DNA of 64,000 bases. Source: Eledone cirrhosa (taxonomy: Eukaryota). The notes under the pieces are model-generated. The model did no database searches. It saw only the letters and a program-made list of their open reading frames with translations, and was not told where the DNA came from. Both the position numbers and the translations under genes were made by a program. Position 1 is the stretch's first letter, and each line of letters begins with the position of its first letter. The DNA is taken from assembly GCA_964016885.1 (NCBI GenBank), contig OZ024756.1:2604001-2668000 (forward strand). Reading direction: 5' to 3'. Shown here piece by piece: positions 55,301 to 62,539 of this stretch.

Positions 55301-57130
55301 AGCATGTCAAGTCTGTGTCACTGCTGCTGCAGTGTATGTCAAGTCAGTACCACTACTACTGCAGTGTATGTGAAGTCAGTGTCACTACTACTGCAGTGTA
55401 TGTCAAGTCAGTGCCACTACTACTGCAGTGTATGTCAAGTCAGTGTCACTACTACTGAAGTGTACGTCAAGTCAGTGTCACTACTACTGCAGTGTATGTC
55501 AAGTCAGTGTCACTACAACTGCAGAGCATGTCAAGTCTGTGTCACTGCTGCTGCAGTGTATGTCAAGTCAGTACCACTACTACTGCAGTGTATGTCAAGT
55601 CAGTGTCACTACTACTGCAGTGTATATCAAGTCAGTGCCACTACTACTGCAGTGCATGTCAAGTCAGTGTCACTACTACTGCAGTGTATGTCAAGTCAGT
55701 GTCACTACTACTGCAGTGTATGTCAAGTCAGTGTCACTACTACTGCAGTGTATGTCAATTCAGTGTCACTACTACTGAAGTGTATGTCAAGTCAGTGTGA
55801 CTACTACTGAAGTGTATGTCAAGTCAGTGTAACTACTACTGCAGTACATGTCAAGTCAGTGTCACTACTACTGAAGTGCATGTCAAGTCTGTGACACTAC
55901 TACTGCAGTACATGTCAAGTCAGTGTCACTACTAATGCACTGTATGTCAAATCAGTTTCACTACTAATGCAGTACATGTCAAGTCGGTGTCACTACTACT
56001 GCAGTGTATGTCAAGTCAGTGTCACTACTACTGCAGTGTATGTCAAGTCAGTGTCACTACTACTGAAGTGTATGTCAAGTCAGTGTCACTACTACTGCAG
56101 TGTATGTCAAGTCAGTGTCACTACTACTGCAGTGTATGTCAAGTCAGTGTCGCTACTACTTAAGTGTATGTCAAGTCAGTGTCACTACTACTGAAGTGCA
56201 TGTCTAGTCAGTGTCACTACTACTGCAGTGTATGTCAAGTCAGTACCACTACTACTGCAGTGTATGTCAAATCAGTATCACTACCACTGCAGTAAATGTC
56301 AAGTCAGTGTCACTACTACTGCAGTGTATGTCAAGTCAGTACCACTACTACTGCAGTGTATGTCAAGTCGGTGACACTACTACTGCAGTGTATGTCAAGT
56401 CAGTGCCACTACTACTGCAGTACATGTGAAGTCAGTGTCACTACTACTGCAGTGTATGTCAACCAGTGCCACTACTACTGCAGTGTATGTCAAGTCAGTG
56501 CCACTACTACTGCAGTGTATGTCAAGTCAGTGTCACTACTACTGCAGTGTATGTCAAGTCAGTGTCACTACTACTGCACTGTATGTCAAGTCAGTGTCAC
56601 TACTACTGCAGTACATGTCAAGTCAGTGTCACTACTACTGCAGTACATGTCAAGTCAGTGTCACTACTACTGAAGTGCATGTCTAGTCAGTGTCACTACT
56701 ACTGCAGTGTATGTCAAGTCAGTGCCACTACTACTGCAGTGTATGTCAAGTCAGTGTCACTACTACTGCAGTGTATGTCAAGTCAGTGCCACTACTACTG
56801 CAGTGTATGTCTAGTCAGTGTCACTACTACTGCAATGTAGGTCAAGTCAGTGTCACTACTACTGCAGTGTACGTCAAGTCAGTGTCACTACTACTGCAGT
56901 GTATGTCAAGTCAGTGCCACTACTACTGCAGTGTATGTCTAGTCAGTGTTACTACTACTGCAGTGCATGTCAAGTCAGTGCCACTACTACTGCAGTGTAT
57001 GTCAAGTCAGTGTCACTACTACTGCAGTGTATGTCAAGTCAGTGCTACTACTACTGCAGTGTATGTCTAGTCAGTGCCACTACTACTGCAGTGTATGTCT
57101 AGTCAGTGCCACTACTACTGCAGTGTATGT
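46330..57130. repeat. ~1.8-kb higher-order repeat (54-58 monomers), six tandem copies
   Basis: Marker CAGAGCATGTCAAGTCTGTGTCACTGCTGCTG starts units at 46347, 48169, 49895, 51717, 53476 and 55298 (spacings 1822, 1726, 1822, 1759, 1822). The sixth unit has a 1855 offset (ORFs 54571/56426). All lengths equal n x 32 minus 1 or 2. Confidence 0.95.
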
Positions 57131-60100
57131 CTAGTCAGTGTCACTACTACTGCAGTGCATGTCAAGTCAGTGCCACTACTACTGCAATGTATGTCAAGTC
57201 AGTGTCACTACTACTGCAGTGTATGTCAAGTCAGTGTCACTACTACTGCAGTGTATGTCAAGTCAGTGTCACTACTACTGCAATGTATGTCAAGTCAGTG
57301 TCACTACAACTGCAGTGCATGTCAAGTCTGTGTCACTACTACTGCAATGTATGTCAAGTCAGTGTCACTACTACTGCAGTGCATGTCTAGTCAGTGTCAC
57401 CACTACTGCAGTGTATGTCAAGTCAGTGTCACTACTACTGCAATGTATGTCAAGTCAGTGTCACCACTACTGCAGTGTATGTCAAGTCAGTGTCACTACT
57501 ACTGCAATGTATGTCAAGTCAGTGTCACTACTACTGCAGTACATGTCAAGTCAGAGTCACTACTACTGCAGTGTATGTCAAGTCAGTGCCACTACTACTG
57601 CAGTGTATGTCAAGTCAGTGTCACCACTACTGCAGTGTATGTCAAGTCAGTGTCACTACTACTGCAGTGTATGTCAAGTCAGTGTCACTACTACTGCAGT
57701 ACATGTCAAGTCAGTGTCACTACTACTGCAGTGTATGTCAAGTCAGTGTCACTACTACTGCAGTGCATGTCAAGTCAGTGTCACTACTACTGCAGTGCAT
57801 GTCAAGTCAGTGCCACTACTACTGCAGTGCATGTCAAGTCAATGTCACTACTACTGCAGTGCATGTCAAGTCAGTGTCACTACTACTGCATTGTATGTCA
57901 AGTCAGTGTCACTACTACTGCAGTGCATGTCAAGTCAGTGTCACTACTACTGCAGTGCATGTCAAGTCAGTGTCACTACTACTGCAGTACATGTCAAGTC
58001 AGTGTCACAACTACTGAAGTGTATGTCAAGTCAGTGTCACTACTACTGCAGTGTATGTCAAGTCAGAGTCACAACTACTGAAGTGTATGTCAAGTCAGTG
58101 TCACAACTACTGAAGTGTATGTCAAGTCAGTGTCACAACTACTGAAGTGTATGTCAAGTCAGTGTCACTACTACTGCAGTGTATGTCAAGTCAGTGCCTC
58201 TACTACTGCAGTGCATGTCAAGTCAGTGCCTCTACTACTGCAGTGCATGTCAAGTCAGTGCCACTACTACTGCAGTGTAGGTCTAGTCAGTGTCACTACT
58301 ACTGCAATGTAGGTCAAGTCAGTGTCACTACTACTGCAGTGTATGTCTAGTCAGTGTCACTACTACTGCACTGTATGTCAAGTCAGTGTCACTACTACTG
58401 CAGTATATGTCAAGTCAGTGTCACTACTACTGCAGTGCATGTCAAATCAGTGCCAATACTACTGCAGTATATGTCAAGTCAGTGTCACTACTACTGCAAT
58501 GTATGTCAAGTCAGTGTCACTACTACTGCAGTGTATGTCAAGTCAGTGTCACTACAACTGCAGAGCATGTCAAGTCTATGTCACTGCTACTGCAGTGTAT
58601 GTCAAGTCAGTACCACTACTACTGCAGTATATGTCAAGTCAGTGTCACTACTACTGCAGTGTATGTCAAGTCAGTGTCACTACTACTGCAGTGTATGTCA
58701 AGTCAGTGTCACTACTACTGCAGTATATGTCAAGTCAGTGTCACTACTACTGCAGTGTATGTCAAGTCAGTGCCACTACTACTGCAGTGTATGTCAAGTC
58801 AGTATCACTACTACTGCAGTGTATGTCAAGTCAGTGCCACTACTACTGCAGTGTACGTCAAGTCAGTGTCACTACTACTGCAGTGTATGTCAAGTCAGTG
58901 TCACTACTACTGCAGTGTATGTCAAGTCAGTGTCACTACTACTGCAGTGTATGTCAAGTCAGTACCACTACTACTGAAGTGTATGTCAAGTCGGTGTCAC
59001 TACTACTGCAGTCCATGTCAAGTCGGTGTCACTACTAGTGCAGTGTATGTCAAGTCAGTGTCACTACTACTGCAGTGTATGTCAAGTCAGTGTCACTACT
59101 ACTGAAGTGTATGTCAAGTCGGTGTCACTACCACTGCAGTCCATGTCAAGTCGGTGTCACTACTACTGCAGTGTATGTCAAGTCAGTGTCACTACTACTG
59201 CAGTGTATGTCATGTCAGTACTACTACTACTGAAGTGTATGTCAAGTCAGTGTCACTACTACTGCAGTGTATGTCAAGTCAATACCACTACTACTGAAGT
59301 GTATGTCAAGTCGGTGTCACTACTACTGCAGTGTATGTCAAGTCAGTGTCACTACTACTGCAGTGTATGTCAAGTCAATAACACCACTACTGAAGTGTAT
59401 GTCAAGTCGGTGTCACTACTACTGCAGTGTATGTCAAGTCAGTACCACTACTACTGAAGTGTATTTTTAAGTCGGTGTCACTACTACTGCAGTCCATGTC
59501 AAGTCGGTGTCACTACTACTGCAGTGTATGTAAAGTCAGTGTCACTACTACTGCAGTGTATGTCAAGTCAGTGTCACTACTACTGCAGTGCATGTCAAGT
59601 CAGTGTCACTACTACTGCAGTGTATGTCAAATGAGTGACACTACTACTGCAGTGTATGTCAAGTCAGTGTCACTACTACTGCAGTGTATGTCAAGTCAGT
59701 GTCACTACTACTGCAGTGCATGTCAAGTCAGTGTCACTACTACTGCAGTGTATGTCAAGTCAGTACCACTACTACTGAAGTGTATGTCAAGTCGGTGTCA
59801 CTACTACTATAGTGTATGTCAAGTCAGTACCACTACTACTGAAGTGTATTTTTAAGTCAGTGTCACTACTACTGCAGTGTATGTCAAGTCAGTGTCACTA
59901 CTACTGCAGTGTATGTCAAGTCAGTGCCACTACTACTGCAGTGTATGTCAAGTCAGTGTCAGTACTACTGCAGTGTATGTCAAGTCAGTGCCACTACTAC
60001 TGCAGTGTATGTCAAGTCAGTACCACTACTACTGCAGTGTATGTCCGGTCAGTGTCACTACTACTGCAGTGTATGTCAAGTCAGTGTCACTACTACTGCA

Positions 60101-60740
60101 GTGTATGTCAAGTCGGTGCCACTACTACTGCAGTGCATGTCAAGTCAGTGTCACTACTACTGCAGTGTATGTCAAGTCAGTGTCACTACTACTGCAGTGT
60201 ATGTCAAGTCGGTGCCACTACTACTGCAGTGTATGTCAAGTCGGTGCCACTACTACTGCAGTGTATGTCAAGTCAGTACCACTACTACTGCAGTGTATGT
60301 CAAGTCAGTGTCACTACTACTGCAGTGCATGTCAAGTCGGTGCCACTACTACTGCAGTGTATGTCAAGTCAGTGTCACTACTACTGCAGTGTATGTCAAG
60401 TCAGTGTCACTACTACTGCAGTGTATGTCAAGTCAGTGTCACTACTACTGCAGTGCATGTCAAGTCAGTGTCACTACTACTACAGTGTATGTCAAGTCAG
60501 TGTCACTACTACTGCAGTGCATGTCAAGTCAGTGTCACTACTACTGCAGTGTATGTCAAGTCAGTGTCACTACTACTGCAGTGTATGTCAAGTCAGTGTC
60601 ACTACTACTACAGTGTATGTCAAGTCAGTGTCACTACTACTGCAGTGCATGTCAAGTCAGTGTCACTACTACTACAGTGTATGTCAAGTCAGTGTCACTA
60701 CTACTGCAGTGTATGTCAAGTTGGTGCCACTACTACTGCA
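57130..60740. repeat. Divergent edge zone of the satellite, lacking long HORs
   Basis: Many private variants (CAGAGTCAC, CACAACTAC, GTCCGGTC, CAATAACACC). The only longer duplication noticed is 385 bp (GTATTTTTAAG at 59461 and 59846). Confidence 0.75.
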
Positions 60741-60853
60741 TCAGGAATGACGGGTCCACATGCACACACATAGAAAATAATGAGAAGATTTATAATAATG
60801 AGGAAGGAGCTCCACGAGGTGGTGTGGCTGTGGAAGTGGGTGATGCTGGCCAT
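60716..60853 (-). CDS. Putative 45-aa ORF or first coding exon with a signal-peptide-like hydrophobic core, ending in the terminal satellite monomer
   Basis: Hand translation (below the ORF-track size cutoff): MASITHFHSHTTSWSSFLIIINLLIIFYVCACGPVIPDAVVVAPT*. The ATG has a good Kozak context (ACAATGG). No homologue recognised. Confidence 0.25.
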   Translation of the reverse strand: MASITHFHSHTTSWSSFLIIINLLIIFYVCACGPVIPDAVVVAPT

Positions 60854-61457
60854 TGTCCGCTGGCCATTTTCCGTAGATCACAGCCGAAACACCACTGTGA
60901 CCTAGGGGTAGCCTCTGTCATATCTTCCACTCGTAATCTCATTACTTTACAACCCTCACCCTTTCCTTTCTTTCCTCTCATTTATAGTCTTTTACAATAT
61001 TACTTATATTTTTATTGTGTATGCAAAAATATCTGTATACGAATATATAATTATATATATATACATATATATAGTATTAAGGGTACTATTTATGGTTATG
61101 TATGTAATAAAACCTTTAATGGTAATATATTATATATACAAACCTTAAATAGTGAAAGATAGTCATTAATTACTATCCTATTACCAGTAAGATAAATAGC
61201 TCAATATCACTTGTTTTACAGAGCAGTTATATAGAGATTACAATAATCAAAGTTCAGTTTAAGTCATTTATTTGCTTACAATTGTTTCCTCCAAACCGAG
61301 GTTTGGATTCTTCGGAGCAACTATTTACTGATCTATAACATACTTGACCTCCTTTTCAACCCAAGAGACATATAAAAGATATGCGCATATTGATCAACAG
61401 TGGGGTGACATTCATCAAATGATATAGCATGGCAATTTACATATAAAGGTTACAGGA

Positions 61458-61535
61458 TAAAAATAAAAATAAAAATAAAAATAAAAATAAAAATAAAAAT
61501 AAAAACAAGAATGAAAATAAAGATAAACATGAAGC
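61458..61535. repeat. (TAAAAA)8 microsatellite with a degenerate hexamer tail
   Basis: Eight perfect TAAAAA units at 61458-61505, then CAAGAA TGAAAA TAAAGA TAAACA TGAAGC. Confidence 0.95.
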
Positions 61536-62539
61536 GTTGGCAGTCTATGAAGATAAAGCAAGAGGAAAGCTTAGAGTAGTCAGTGTATGAAACAATCTCA
61601 CGTGTAGCATGCACGCGTGTCTTATTTATACATGATTAGAGTGCGTCAGAATGATATTTGCAGGGTCAGGCAGTTGAAGCAGGCAATCGATCTTATTATG
61701 TGGGCTGAATTATTAAGTCATTTATTCTCATACATCTGTATGATATACAGTCTCGGATGCAGGGAAACACCAAAATATCAAAAACTTTCAACATACTATA
61801 AACCTTATTGTATCGTAGGCAAAGCCGTACCACTGTCTTCGCTCACACCACCACTCACATAATCCATGAGACGCAATATATAGAACACGTTTCTATCGCA
61901 TAATTCACGATGGTTCAGCATATAATTAAGTTATAAACCGTATCCAGTCGGTTCTTAATTAATAGATCATGCTGTCCAGATTCCGGAAGTGTCTGAATGA
62001 CTAAGGGGAGGTAACTAGCTAGTTATCTTAGTTAAATTACTATCCTAAACTACATTAATGGTGATTCAAATACGTGCCTATCATATGAAGTTATAACTAA
62101 TTTCTAGAGTATGTTTCCCATTTATAGGTTAGAGAGTTGTCCATTAAGAAGTACAAGGGTGTATATATTAGGATGATTACCATCCATTAAGGGGTGTCAT
62201 ATCTGAACATTCTATAAGAGTAGTCAGACTCTCAAGTCACTGTTCCATGCAAATGTAATATAACAGTAGGACCTGGTATGGTCCCACTATTATATATGCC
62301 CCCCGGTAGGCTCCGGGTCATTGCATGTCTGAATCTCCGGTAAATCTTCGGTATAGTCCGGAGATCTAATTTCTCATATAAAGGCACTAGTCTGGTCATC
62401 AAGCAATAGACAACCCCCATCTCATATATAAATCAATTAAGTATCACATCTACAAGTTAGAGTGGAGTCTATTAATAGGTACTAAAGGAGTTCACATCAA
62501 GATGATTACAATCTGGAGATTAAATCTCTCATACCAGGG

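Larger units (their letters stand above)
1..60740. repeat. Tandem satellite array, 32-bp monomer (consensus GTCAAGTCAGTGTCACTACTACTGCAGTGTAT), about 1,900 copies, single orientation, open at the left window edge
   Basis: Read directly: a continuous 32-bp period with recurring point variants (CTGCAG>CTGAAG, GTATG>GCATG, TCAGT>TCGGT, GTGTC>GTGCC/GTACC) and rare indels. No inversion or foreign insertion was seen. Copy number is 60,740/32. The last matching base is the A of CTGCA at 60,740. Confidence 0.99.

Noticed and set aside
1-60740. CRISPR array (32-bp partly palindromic repeat)
   Set aside because: There are no unique spacers, the monomers abut directly, no cas genes are present, and the context is eukaryotic.
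1-60773. Hundreds of + strand Cys-rich ORFs as real genes (keratin-associated or zinc-finger-like)
   Set aside because: They overlap in all three frames with the same peptide and end wherever a stop-making monomer variant falls, so they are a by-product of a stop-free 32-mer.
60790-60981. 63-aa minus-strand ORF
   Set aside because: No recognisable motif; its start derives from a purine-rich tract.
60953-60987. Polypyrimidine tract ending in TTTATAG as a + strand splice acceptor
   Set aside because: It is followed by TA-rich low-complexity sequence with no exon-like content, so it cannot be supported without RNA data.
59909-61162. 417-aa ORF reading out of the satellite into the flank with a hydrophobic tail
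   Set aside because: Two thirds of it is satellite translation and the tail comes from pyrimidine- and TA-rich low-complexity DNA. No domain was recognised.
61577-62243. Short satellite-like words in the flank (TAGTCAGTGTATG at 61577, TCAAGTCACTGT at 62232)
   Set aside because: These are only 12-13 bp matches to a large set of variant k-mers, which is compatible with chance.
61617-62420. 81-aa + strand and 62-aa minus-strand ORFs
   Set aside because: Short, with no recognisable domain and no RT motifs that would extend the PLE.
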